Of a stretch of DNA of 64,000 nt, positions 1-8,832 are shown piece by piece (position 1 is the first letter of the stretch; each line of letters begins with the position of its first letter). This DNA comes from Deltaproteobacteria bacterium. Lineage in GTDB: Bacteria; Myxococcota_A; JAADFL01. The position numbers and the translations under genes are program-made. A model generated the notes under the pieces. The model was not told the DNA's origin, searched no databases, and worked only from the letters and a program-made list of their open reading frames with translations. Where the stretch lies: positions 5,812-69,811 of the forward strand of contig JAADFL010000066.1 of NCBI GenBank assembly GCA_013152945.1. Direction: 5' to 3'.

Positions 1-1097
1 TCCACGACGATGTGAACACCGGGCCTTTTGTAAAGCCTGCCTGAATAATCCAGGAAGCGGTCCAGCATGACATCGCGCACGATGATCGGGTTGAGTTCCA
101 CGCCGAGAATATCCTTGCGTCCGAAGTATAGGGCTGAAATAACGTCGGCGCCCCCTCCCGGGCCGATGATCAGTGCCGTGTTTTTCCTTGGAAGGTTGTA
201 AACAAGGCTTGCAACTCTGATTTCCGAGAACCTTCGTGTAGGTTCCCAACCCTTTTGTTCCAGCTTTCCCGAGAAGATCCTGGTGGCGGCCGAGGAATCC
301 ATTTTCAGCCAGTAATAGTCGCTCCCGGTTTTTTCCACGGTTACCCTTGAAAAGGAGTTCCACCCGGAGAATACCACGTGCCTTTCATTGGTGCCCTTTA
401 CCGAAGGTATGTCCAGGAAAGGATGTATTTTCTGGGCGACAGCGGCTGAAGAGATAAGTATGGAGATGCCTGCGGCGGCGATGAGCCTCAAATGTCCGCT
501 CTCTCTTCGTTCGGCCATGTACAGCAGTACCCCGGATGCTGCGAAAGCAGCACCTGAAAGAAGCACGCTTCCGGGCCCTCCCAGGATGTCGAGCACGGGC
601 ACGAGAACAAGACAACCTGCTCCGGCCCCGGCAAGGTCGAAGAAATAGAGCCGGCCCATGTCTCGTTTCATTTCCTCTACGATGCTGGTTACAACCATGC
701 CTGCAAAGAAGAAGGGAAGGGCCGACGCTATGTAGGCCGTGGTGAGTGCGAGTGTATCCGAGCCCTTGAGCCTGAGCCCGATTCTTGTGTGGAGAACCAC
801 TATGAGTGCAATAACCGTGAAGCCTGCTGCAAGCAGGGTGTTCCTGTGTAGAAAAGGAAAGAGACCGCAACTCCTGGCTGATGGCCTGACATAAAGGTAT
901 ACACCGGCTGCGCCCAGGCCGAACAAGGCTACGGATATGGCAAGGAACGCAAAGTGGTAATACATGACCACCGAGTATATCCTGGTCAAAGAGAGTTCGA
1001 GGACCATGGTGGATGCGGTCGTCACGGCAACCGCAGCCATGAGCCACGGCCTTTTTGCCTGGTCCATGCCCGTATTTGTTGAACCTGCCGTGTTCAT
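1..1097 (-). CDS. Polyamine aminopropyltransferase (spermidine synthase)-like protein fused to an N-terminal multi-pass membrane domain. Partial: the 3' end runs off the window.
   Basis: Translated by hand from the ATG at 1097-1095 on the minus strand: MNTAGSTNTGMDQAKRPWLMAAVAVTTASTMVLELSLTRIYSVVMYYHFAFLAISVALFGLG... with several TM helices. The same frame stays open down to ...NLPRKNTALIIGPGGGADVISALYFGRKDILGVELNPIIVRDVML, a glycine-rich AdoMet-binding motif of spermidine synthases. It is absent from the ORF track because it has no stop inside the window. The listed 385..1047(-) ORF is a different, Arg/Cys-rich frame. The start overlaps the asnS stop (ATGA). Confidence 0.55.
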   Translation of the reverse strand, partial: MNTAGSTNTGMDQAKRPWLMAAVAVTTASTMVLELSLTRIYSVVMYYHFAFLAISVALFGLGAAGVYLYVRPSARSCGLFPFLHRNTLLAAGFTVIALIVVLHTRIGLRLKGSDTLALTTAYIASALPFFFAGMVVTSIVEEMKRDMGRLYFFDLAGAGAGCLVLVPVLDILGGPGSVLLSGAAFAASGVLLYMAERRESGHLRLIAAAGISILISSAAVAQKIHPFLDIPSVKGTNERHVVFSGWNSFSRVTVEKTGSDYYWLKMDSSAATRIFSGKLEQKGWEPTRRFSEIRVASLVYNLPRKNTALIIGPGGGADVISALYFGRKDILGVELNPIIVRDVMLDRFLDYSGRLYKRPGVHIVV

Positions 1098-2416
1098 GGA
1101 GTAAGACGCTCGATCGTCCTGGGAAATGGAATGGCCTCCCTCAAGTGGTGTATTCCCGCTATCCATGAAATGGTTCTTTCCAGGCCGAGGCCGAAACCGG
1201 AGTGAGGCACCGATCCGTACTTGCGAAGGTCGATATACCAATCGAATGCCTCTTTCGGCAGTGAATGTTCCCCGAGCCTCTTTAGGAGCGCATCCAGGTC
1301 ATCCTCCCTCTCGCCGCCCCCCACTATCTCGCCGTATCCCTCGGGCGCAAGGCAGTCCACGCTCAGCGAGGCTTGTGGATCATCCTTGTCCCTCTTCATG
1401 TAAAAGGCCTTTATTTCAGCGGGAAACCTGTGAACGAAGATGGGCTTTTCATAGGACTTGGTCAACTCGGTCTCGTGCTCGGCTCCGAAATCATCACCGT
1501 CTTCGAAAGGCACTTTGAAGCGATCGTTCATTTTTGTCAACTTGGCTGCTGCATCCTTGTAATGCACCCTTGGAAACGGCTTTCGGACCTTTTCCAGGAG
1601 CGACGTGTCCCTTTCCAGCACCTTGAGTTCTTCAGCCCTCTTGTCCAGGATCACGGCCACGAGTTCGACAAGCATGTCTTCCACAAGCTCCATGACGCCC
1701 TCGATGTCGAGGTACGCGATTTCAGGTTCCATCATCCAGAATTCCGTCAAGTGCCGCCTGGTCTTGGATTTCTCGGCCCTGAAGGTGGGGCCGAAAGTGT
1801 AGATCCTGCCGAGGGCCAGTGCACCGGCCTCTCCATAGAGCTGTCCCGACTGTGAAAGATATGCCGTTTTGCCGAAATAATCCGTTTGAAAAAGCGTGCT
1901 TGTGCCCTCGCACGCATTTGCCGTGAAGATCGGGGGATCGAAGCAAACGTAACCTCTTTTATCAAAGTATCCCCTCAAGGTCCTGATGACCTCGTGCCTT
2001 ATGCGGAGTAGAGCCACCTGCTTCCTGGACCTGATCCAAAGGTGCCTGTGATCCAGGAGAAAGGCGGGACCGTGCGATTTCTTGGCAATAGGGTATGGCT
2101 GGGCCTTGGCCACCAATTCAAGGCCGGTCAAACCGATTTCCACCCCGATCTTGGACCTGGCGTCTTCTTTGACAATGCCGGTTACGATGATCGAAGATTC
2201 CCGGGATATTCCTCCGGTCGATTCGAATACCCCGGCCGGCACGTCGCCTGCGCCCATCACGCATTGAACTATACCGGTTCCGTCCCTTACTTCCAGGAAA
2301 CGGATCTTTTTGCTTGAACGCATGTTGTACAGCCATCCCTTCAGGGTTACCTCTTCACCGATGTGCTTCTTCAGGTCTTCGATGTATATCCACGGAGCCA
2401 CTGCAATCACCTCCAT
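1094..2416 (-). CDS. asnS: Asparagine--tRNA ligase (class II aaRS, AsnS/AspS type)
   Basis: 440-aa ORF with an N-terminal anticodon-binding OB fold and a class II catalytic core. Diagnostic stretches are FRAEKSKTRRHLTEFWMMEPE and GSVPHSGFGLGLERTISWIAGIHHLREAIPFPR. Confidence 0.88.
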   Translation of the reverse strand: MEVIAVAPWIYIEDLKKHIGEEVTLKGWLYNMRSSKKIRFLEVRDGTGIVQCVMGAGDVPAGVFESTGGISRESSIIVTGIVKEDARSKIGVEIGLTGLELVAKAQPYPIAKKSHGPAFLLDHRHLWIRSRKQVALLRIRHEVIRTLRGYFDKRGYVCFDPPIFTANACEGTSTLFQTDYFGKTAYLSQSGQLYGEAGALALGRIYTFGPTFRAEKSKTRRHLTEFWMMEPEIAYLDIEGVMELVEDMLVELVAVILDKRAEELKVLERDTSLLEKVRKPFPRVHYKDAAAKLTKMNDRFKVPFEDGDDFGAEHETELTKSYEKPIFVHRFPAEIKAFYMKRDKDDPQASLSVDCLAPEGYGEIVGGGEREDDLDALLKRLGEHSLPKEAFDWYIDLRKYGSVPHSGFGLGLERTISWIAGIHHLREAIPFPRTIERLTP

Positions 2417-2516
2417 ATGAGAAAAACGGTATCGATTACCGATTCAGAACTCGTACCAGATTAGGGTTGCAAGTGCAACAATATCCGGCCCGCTCATGTA
2501 ACCGGCTCTTCATGGG

Positions 2517-2816
2517 ATGTTGGATTTTAAAATAGACACGGCCCTTGAGCCGTGGCATGTTTTAAAAAGCATGTTGCAGGAAGAAAAAAGGCCTTACTTG
2601 CGTGTCGGGGAAAAGGTCTATCATCTCCGGCACCGGGCATGGGGAAACGGCGTGGTGCAGGAGACCATGACATCAATCCTGCCCGGCGGGACCTGCCTTG
2701 TGAGAATCAAATTCGATGACGGTGTAAGCAGGACCTTTGAAAACAATCTAAAAAACCCGGCATGTTGTTATTACTTCGGGCTGCGTGTATCCAGGGAAGT
2801 GAACTTCCTCAAATGA
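2517..2816 (+). CDS. Small hypothetical protein, DUF3553-like
   Basis: 99-aa ORF. The core GEKVYHLRHRAWGNGVVQE...CLVRIKFDDGVSRTFENNL resembles the short DUF3553 family. Its 3' end overlaps the next gene's signal-peptide region. Confidence 0.35.
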   Translation: MLDFKIDTALEPWHVLKSMLQEEKRPYLRVGEKVYHLRHRAWGNGVVQETMTSILPGGTCLVRIKFDDGVSRTFENNLKNPACCYYFGLRVSREVNFLK

Positions 2817-4591
2817 GAAAAAAATATTTTTTTAAAACGACGATTCAAGCTCTCTTTCTATTGATGCTCATATCTTTCGGCCGAACCGCTCTTGCCGGGA
2901 TCCCCGGCGAGCAGGCGGAGGCGGCTGGAAGGAAGAGGCTGTCGAGCCATGACTGTGAGGGCGCAAGGCAGGCATTTAGAGCAGCACTCGATGCCTTCGA
3001 GACCAGTTCCAGGCACCTCCTTTTAGCCAGGGCCTTGAAGTGTCTCGATAGGCCACAGGAGGCATACAGGCATGCTTACCTGGCATCCGCGGCCAGGGGC
3101 TCGAACGACCGGGAGAGCCTGAAGCTCCTCCTCGACCTGTGCTTGAGACTGGGCAAGAACAAGCAGGCCCGGTCCATCTTGAACCAGTTGAGGGGATTTC
3201 CCGGTCTCGCCGGTTTTGTATCAAGGCGGGCGTCTGTCCTGCGGTTTCGCAGTGGTGAAATAAACCGGGCCCTTTCTCTGGCAAGGGCTGCCGTGGGCGA
3301 CAGGTTCACGAAGTGGGACAGGAGGGCTCTTTGTCTGTACAGCCTGGAGTCAAAAAGAATCAAGGCCGCGCTCGAACACTGCCCCGAGGCTGTCAGGTCC
3401 GGTGCACTCGGGGCCGAATGGCTGGCCAGGACATTGGCAAAGGCGGGCCGGCTCGATCTTGCAGCCGGAATATTGTGGCATCACGGGAAAAACGCAAACA
3501 AGAAAAAAAACAGGAACGTACTAGATTCCAGGTACAGGGCCAGGCTGGCCTACCTGTACTTCAAGAGGTACGGCGATCTTTATCATGCTTCAAGAGCACT
3601 CGAATATTTTTCAAGGCTTGGAGGTGATGTTGCGCCGGGTGACTATGCATCGGTGGCGCGCCGGGCAAATATGTCATTCGATTATAGCCGGGGAACGGGA
3701 AGAGCAAGACAGGGCAAATACGATTATTACGGTTATGGCTTGAAGCTCGACGTGGCGGTGCCGATGCCGGGCAGATGGAAGCTTGTTCCCGGTGCCGAGT
3801 TGGAGAATCTCGGGGAAGATGCGACGCTTTCGGGCCCGGGCGAACCTGTACGGCGCTCGTGGCAGGAGGGCAGGGCCGTCATGTCGCTGAAGGCCGAGCT
3901 TTACTGGCCTGAATTCGGACTTAGGGCCGCGCTTGGCGGAGGCGGCTATTTCTCTTCAGACTCGGCATATCCCTTGTTCGAACTCAATGTCTCGGGCAGG
4001 CCCAAGGCCGGGTGGATCGACCTCGATTTCTCGCTTTCATACGGCCTGGGCAAACGGGCTGCGTCCGCATCCTATTCATGCGGCGGCCTCGAAGCCGAGT
4101 TAAGGGCCCTTTTGCGGGCAGGCCCGGTCCAGGTCCTTGGCGGTTTGCGGAACATGCTATTTGCGTTCGAGCATGGCCGTCCGAGGCAATTGTCCGGCTT
4201 CCTGTCTGGCACATGGCCTTTGGGCACGGGTCTTTTTCAGTTTTCACCGGGTTTGGCAATCAGCCTTGATCGATCATGGGATCAGCCTCTGGGCGGCGTG
4301 CCCGTGGATCTTTCTTCCAACCGTGAGGCTTTGTGGCTGGTATTTTCGGTCTCCACGGTCAAGCTCAATTACATCGATTTCAATATGAATGTTTCCTGGG
4401 CCCCTGTTTCAAGGGGATACAGCATGGAGGGCAACGGCCTGGAGCCTTTCGGCAACGGGCCGTGGCGTATCGAATCCCGGCTCCGAATAAGATCCCGGCA
4501 ACGCGCAGGCCTTGAGTTGAGAACCTGGTTCGATGATGAATTGCGAAAAAGGAATGTGTTCGCTTATTTCGGCATTTTCATGATTCTCTGA
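2813..4591 (+). CDS. Hypothetical exported protein, N-terminal TPR-like helical region and C-terminal beta-rich region
   Basis: The internal Met at 2813 gives a signal peptide, MRKKYFFKTTIQALFLLMLISFGRTALA. Helical TPR-like repeats follow, then Gly/Tyr-rich alternating segments suggestive of a beta-barrel or beta-sandwich. No recognisable catalytic motif. Confidence 0.5.
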   Translation: MRKKYFFKTTIQALFLLMLISFGRTALAGIPGEQAEAAGRKRLSSHDCEGARQAFRAALDAFETSSRHLLLARALKCLDRPQEAYRHAYLASAARGSNDRESLKLLLDLCLRLGKNKQARSILNQLRGFPGLAGFVSRRASVLRFRSGEINRALSLARAAVGDRFTKWDRRALCLYSLESKRIKAALEHCPEAVRSGALGAEWLARTLAKAGRLDLAAGILWHHGKNANKKKNRNVLDSRYRARLAYLYFKRYGDLYHASRALEYFSRLGGDVAPGDYASVARRANMSFDYSRGTGRARQGKYDYYGYGLKLDVAVPMPGRWKLVPGAELENLGEDATLSGPGEPVRRSWQEGRAVMSLKAELYWPEFGLRAALGGGGYFSSDSAYPLFELNVSGRPKAGWIDLDFSLSYGLGKRAASASYSCGGLEAELRALLRAGPVQVLGGLRNMLFAFEHGRPRQLSGFLSGTWPLGTGLFQFSPGLAISLDRSWDQPLGGVPVDLSSNREALWLVFSVSTVKLNYIDFNMNVSWAPVSRGYSMEGNGLEPFGNGPWRIESRLRIRSRQRAGLELRTWFDDELRKRNVFAYFGIFMIL

Positions 4592-6281
4592 TTCTTGCTT
4601 TTTTGGGGGCTAACTTTTTTCTTTGTCCTGCTTTTCCCCTGATCTTCAGGACCGGTAAAGTATCGGCGTTTTTTTTCACAGCCTTTTTCTTGTTTCCTGC
4701 TTTTTCCAGGACCATCCTGATCTTGTCCAGCAGCGTGCTCAATGTGGCGGGTTTGGTAATTACGCCGTCACATCCCATGCGCTTTACAATTGCCATGGCT
4801 TCTTTTTCAGGAATGGCTGTAAGGATTATCGATGGAACAGGTTTGCACTTTTTTTTCATTTTCAGTTTTCTGATAAGCTCGGCTCCGGTCATGTAAGGCA
4901 GTGTGAGGTCTATAAGGAACAGGTTGAAATCGTTGTCGCATACGACGTCGAGGGCCTCTTCACCCGTGGAAGCGGAAGTCACGTCGCATCCTCTGCTCGT
5001 CAATACCAGGTCCAGGAATTCAACCGTATCCGGATCGTCGTCAACCACAAGGATTTTTGCTCCTTCCAGCGAAGTCAGTGGGATTTGTCCAAGTTTACTT
5101 TTTGCATCCTCGGCGCCGGGCCGGCCTCCGAGCGGAAGTGAAAAGGTTATTGTCGTGCCGCGGCCCTTAATGGAACGTATTGCCAGCTTGGAGCCGTGAG
5201 TGTCGAGTATGCTCTTTACAATGGACAGGCCGAGGCCGGATCCCGGAGAATTTACGTCATTTTTGAAAAACGGCTGTGTTACCTTTTTCCTGACGGTTTC
5301 GGTCATCCCGATGCCGTTGTCTTGCACCGATATGGTCATGTTTTTCTTTCCGCGCTTCAAGCTTACCTCGATGCGGTTTTGCTTGTCGCCGTACTTGACC
5401 GCGTTATCGAGCAGGTTGTTCAGGACCCGGTGTATCATTTCCTTATCCGCCCGGACCATGTGCGGCTCATCCAGCGTGTTGATTTTTATCATGTCCAGGG
5501 GAAACCCGGTCCTTATGACCAACTCGGCCACACACTCATTGATCAGCTTTGCCGGGTCGAAATCCGTCAGAACAGGCTTATCCCCGAATTCCGGCCTCAA
5601 CAATGTTTGATAATTCAGGATGTCATCCATGAGGTCCGAGAGCCTGGAAAGGTTTCTTGCGGCCACCTGCATAGCGTCTGAAGCTTCTTTCGATATGCGG
5701 CCAAGGGAACCTTCCAGGAGAAGCTCCACATAGCCCAGGCCGGTCACGAGGGGTGTGCGCACTTCGTGACTCAACTTGGCGACGAATTCGTCTTTCATTT
5801 TATGGAGCCGTGCCAGTTTGCGGTTTGCCTCTTCGAGTTCGGCGTTCCTCTCGGCAAGCTCCAATTCGAGTTTTCTACGTTTCGAGACATCCCTGATAAT
5901 GCCGACCGAGCCTATGGGTTTGCCGTGTTCATCATAGTAGGCCCTGCCGTCCACGCGGATGAACTTTTCTTCCCCGTCAGGGGTGAATACCCTGAAGTCT
6001 TCGCCCCGTGGTCCCTCCGCATGGAGGGTAGATTGCCATGATGCCTCGACCCTGGGCAGGTCATCAGGATGGATCATGACTTTGTACGGCACTCCGATTA
6101 CAGCTTCCTTAGGAAGTCCGGTTAAAGCCTCGAAACCCGGTGATACGTATTTTAGGGTTCCGTTCTCATCCGACACGAACAGGACTTCCGCCAGGTTGTC
6201 CAGCAGCAGGCGCTCCAGCGCGGTTATTTTATTTTTGCCGGGACTATTGTTTATTGTTGCTTTTCGGCTGTTTTTAGCCAT
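4578..6281 (-). CDS. PAS-domain sensor hybrid histidine kinase with C-terminal receiver domain
   Basis: PAS region (NGTLKYVSPGFEALTGLPKEAVIG). HisKA H-box (KDEFVAKLSHEVRTPL). HATPase_c motifs (LDNAVKYGD...DNGIGM...GSGLGLSIVK). REC domain (KILVVDDDPDTVEF...FNLFLIDLTLPYMTGAELIRKLK). Lys-rich C-terminal tail. Confidence 0.85.
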   Translation of the reverse strand: MAKNSRKATINNSPGKNKITALERLLLDNLAEVLFVSDENGTLKYVSPGFEALTGLPKEAVIGVPYKVMIHPDDLPRVEASWQSTLHAEGPRGEDFRVFTPDGEEKFIRVDGRAYYDEHGKPIGSVGIIRDVSKRRKLELELAERNAELEEANRKLARLHKMKDEFVAKLSHEVRTPLVTGLGYVELLLEGSLGRISKEASDAMQVAARNLSRLSDLMDDILNYQTLLRPEFGDKPVLTDFDPAKLINECVAELVIRTGFPLDMIKINTLDEPHMVRADKEMIHRVLNNLLDNAVKYGDKQNRIEVSLKRGKKNMTISVQDNGIGMTETVRKKVTQPFFKNDVNSPGSGLGLSIVKSILDTHGSKLAIRSIKGRGTTITFSLPLGGRPGAEDAKSKLGQIPLTSLEGAKILVVDDDPDTVEFLDLVLTSRGCDVTSASTGEEALDVVCDNDFNLFLIDLTLPYMTGAELIRKLKMKKKCKPVPSIILTAIPEKEAMAIVKRMGCDGVITKPATLSTLLDKIRMVLEKAGNKKKAVKKNADTLPVLKIRGKAGQRKKLAPKKARIRES

Positions 6282-7070
6282 CTATTCCTTGCCCCCTCTT
6301 CTCGCGGCATGTACCAGGCTGTCGAACAGGCCCTGGAATGCCGGGCCGAAAGTGCTTTTTTCCTCGGGGTGCCATTGAACACCCAGGTAAAAAGGCTTGG
6401 ATGGGTCTTCTACTGCTTCTATGAAACCATCGCCCGCGACTGCGCATACGTCCAGGCCGCCCGAACTTGTTACGCCCTGGTGGTGCCTGCTGTTGACAGT
6501 GTGTTCGCCCGGGCCCAGCAAGCGTGACAGGAGTGTGCCCTTCCTGACCTTGATATCATGCTCAACGTACACATCAGGTGTTTTGTCTTTGTGAATTATC
6601 TTGTTATTTTTAAGATCGGGAATGTGAGGGAAAATCGAGCCCTTGGCCTGAATAGTCATCAGTTGCATGCCTGCGCATATCCCTAGGACCGGCAGGTCTG
6701 TCTGTTGCAACTCTGCAACCAGGGCCTTGTCGAATTCTTCCCTGGCCCCGGCCACAGGTTCCAGGCTCGGATGTTTTAGTTGTTCGGCGGTAAATGCGCA
6801 CCTGTAGTCATCTCCCCCGGTCAGGATGACTGCATCAACCATGGTGAGCAATCTCTTTATGGCGCGGGGGCCGGCATTCGGGCAGAAGGGCAGGGGAATG
6901 GCTCCGGCTTTTAATATTCTGTGCATGTACGAGGATTTCAGCGTACACTTGCCCTTGCTTTCCCGGTCGTCATGGACCTTGTCAAGGTCGCAGTTGAGCC
7001 CTACTATAACTTGTTCGACAGCCAACCTATCCCCTCGAAAAACACCGGTTCGAAATCCTTGGCGCGCCAT
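6282..7070 (-). CDS. Class I glutamine amidotransferase, gamma-glutamyl-GABA hydrolase (PuuD / peptidase C26) family
   Basis: VIVGLNCDL...AIPLPF... followed by a GATase1 catalytic region (LGICAGMQLM, HH..V). The upstream 67 nt overlap holC, so the true start is probably an internal TTG near 7025. The start is uncertain. Confidence 0.7.
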   Translation of the reverse strand: MARQGFRTGVFRGDRLAVEQVIVGLNCDLDKVHDDRESKGKCTLKSSYMHRILKAGAIPLPFCPNAGPRAIKRLLTMVDAVILTGGDDYRCAFTAEQLKHPSLEPVAGAREEFDKALVAELQQTDLPVLGICAGMQLMTIQAKGSIFPHIPDLKNNKIIHKDKTPDVYVEHDIKVRKGTLLSRLLGPGEHTVNSRHHQGVTSSGGLDVCAVAGDGFIEAVEDPSKPFYLGVQWHPEEKSTFGPAFQGLFDSLVHAARRGGKE

Positions 7071-7456
7071 GACTTGAACCTTTCCCTGGCTGCTTCGACC
7101 AGGCTTGGTGAAAACGTGGGCGCAAAGTCCACGACCAGGTCGAATTTCATGCAGTGCTCGATTTCCGCCGGACTGGAAAGAACCAGTGCATCAGCCTTGG
7201 GCCAGACAATGAGAGACGAAATGAGCAATGCCTGCTCTGGGTCGCCGGCAGGTGTTTCCTCCGGAGAAACCAGCCTGTGTGCTATGAAAGCCCCCTGGGA
7301 GAACGTCCAGAGCAGGTTGTCGAGGGCTTTGGCCGGTTCTCCGGCCTCAACATGGAGCTGTACCTTTAGCCCTTTTTCAACAAGGGCCTGGACGGATTGG
7401 CAGACAGCCTCTTCCAGCGGGGGGGCCGGCACCTTGACGAAAACTACTTTGGGCAA
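7004..7456 (-). CDS. holC: DNA polymerase III chi subunit
   Basis: 150 aa. The N-terminal MPKVVFVKV...ALDNLLWTF...FIAH pattern matches the HolC fold signature (F.LL......L....G..VL......A..LD..LW....F.PH). Confidence 0.65.
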   Translation of the reverse strand: MPKVVFVKVPAPPLEEAVCQSVQALVEKGLKVQLHVEAGEPAKALDNLLWTFSQGAFIAHRLVSPEETPAGDPEQALLISSLIVWPKADALVLSSPAEIEHCMKFDLVVDFAPTFSPSLVEAARERFKSWRAKDFEPVFFEGIGWLSNKL

Positions 7457-7571
7457 CCTGCACCTCTCATGACAAATGATTAAAGGCCTTAAAAGTCGCT
7501 ATGGGTTCCATGGAACAATGCATTTTAATCTTTTTCAGCCCTTCCATTCAAAGTTATAGGATCCATAGTCC

Positions 7572-7691
7572 ATGCCCCGGCTTTTTTCAATGTTGTTGTT
7601 GCTCTTAAAACCGCCCCAAAAAAATATCCGGATCCGTAATGCGGTTTGAATGGCGGCCCTTTGTGATTGCCCTTTGTCTGCTCTTGCTATA
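7572..7691 (+). promoter_or_regulatory. Candidate leucine-rich leader peptide ORF (39 codons) preceding the leu operon
   Basis: ATG at 7572 through TAG at 7689-7691 encodes MPRLFSMLLLLLKPPQKISGSVMRFEWRPFVIALCLLLL*. It has two runs of consecutive Leu codons (5 and 4), built largely from codons rare in a high-GC genome: TTG x4, TTA, CTA, CTT. It ends 44 nt before the leuB start. Confidence 0.4.
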
Positions 7692-7734
7692 GCCTGTCAT
7701 GGTTGAAAGGTAATCGGCTGAATCGGAGGACAAG

Positions 7735-8814
7735 GTGCATAAATTGCCACGGCGGGTAGCAGTTGTTCCAGGAGATGGCATTGGTCCGGAAGTGGTGGGG
7801 GAATCTGTTTCAGTTCTAAGGACACTGAACCGGATCTTTTCCCTGGACATGGAGTTCGTGGATTTCCCTTGGGGGGCCGAGCATTACCTCGAGTTCGGCG
7901 AAACTCTCCCGGAAGATGCCGTGGAAATGCTGAATCGCGAGTTCGGCGCAATTTTCATGGGCGCCATGGGCGATCCCAGGGTGCCGGACATGGTTCATGC
8001 GCGGGACATAGTGCTTGGATTGAGGCGCAAGCTGGACCTTTACGTGAACCAGAGGCCGATAAAATTGCTTGACCAACGCCTGACGCCGTTGAAAGACAAG
8101 GGAAAAGACGACATCGATTTCGTGATATTGAGAGAGAACACCGAGGGAAGTTATGTCGGTTGCGGCGGATGGTTCAAGAAGGGATCGGCTGACGAAATCG
8201 CTATCGAAGAATCCATCAACACCAGGAAAGGAGTGGAAAGAATAATAAGGTATGCCTTTTCCATGGCCCGGCAATACGGTTACGAAAAGGTGACCATGGC
8301 GGACAAGAGCAATGCCATCAGGTTCGGTCACGACCTGTGGTACAGGGTCTTCCAGGAAATTGGTGAAGAGTATCCGGACATAGAGATGCAACACCTGTAC
8401 ATCGACGTGTTGACAGCCGAACTCATCAGGGCGCCGGAGCAATTCCAGATAATAGTAACCTGCAATCTTTTCGGCGACATACTGGCGGATCTTTCCGCTC
8501 AGCTCATGGGGGGACTGGGGCTGGCGGCAAGTGCAAACCTGAATCCCGGCAAGGTATCCCTGTTCGAGCCTGTTCACGGCTCGGCTCCGAAACTCGCGGG
8601 CAGGGGACTGGCCGACCCGGTGGCGGCCATTCTCTCCGGCCAGCTTCTGCTCGGCCACTTCGGATTGGCCGAGTACGGCGCCATCATCGAGGAAGCGGTC
8701 AGGGATTCATTGCAGCAGGGCATTACCACGCCCGACCTCGGGGGACACTCGACGACACAGGATGTCGGAGCCTTTATCAGGAAACGAATAGAAGAATTGG
8801 CGGATGAGAAATAG
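7735..8814 (+). CDS. leuB: 3-isopropylmalate dehydrogenase (beta-decarboxylating dehydrogenase family)
   Basis: GTG start. RVAVVPGDGIGPEVV NAD-binding N-terminus, typical of the IDH/IMDH family. 359 aa. Genomic context is with leuC and leuD. Confidence 0.72.
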   Translation: MHKLPRRVAVVPGDGIGPEVVGESVSVLRTLNRIFSLDMEFVDFPWGAEHYLEFGETLPEDAVEMLNREFGAIFMGAMGDPRVPDMVHARDIVLGLRRKLDLYVNQRPIKLLDQRLTPLKDKGKDDIDFVILRENTEGSYVGCGGWFKKGSADEIAIEESINTRKGVERIIRYAFSMARQYGYEKVTMADKSNAIRFGHDLWYRVFQEIGEEYPDIEMQHLYIDVLTAELIRAPEQFQIIVTCNLFGDILADLSAQLMGGLGLAASANLNPGKVSLFEPVHGSAPKLAGRGLADPVAAILSGQLLLGHFGLAEYGAIIEEAVRDSLQQGITTPDLGGHSTTQDVGAFIRKRIEELADEK

Positions 8815-8832
8815 TTAACGGAGGTACGTGAT

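Noticed and set aside
385-1047. 220-aa minus-strand ORF in the track
   Set aside because: It is Arg/Cys/His-rich nonsense. A different frame on the same strand translates into a coherent membrane plus spermidine-synthase protein.
7816-8658. 280-aa minus-strand ORF
   Set aside because: It is antisense to the well-supported leuB and has a low-complexity Arg/Pro-rich composition typical of GC-rich antisense frames.
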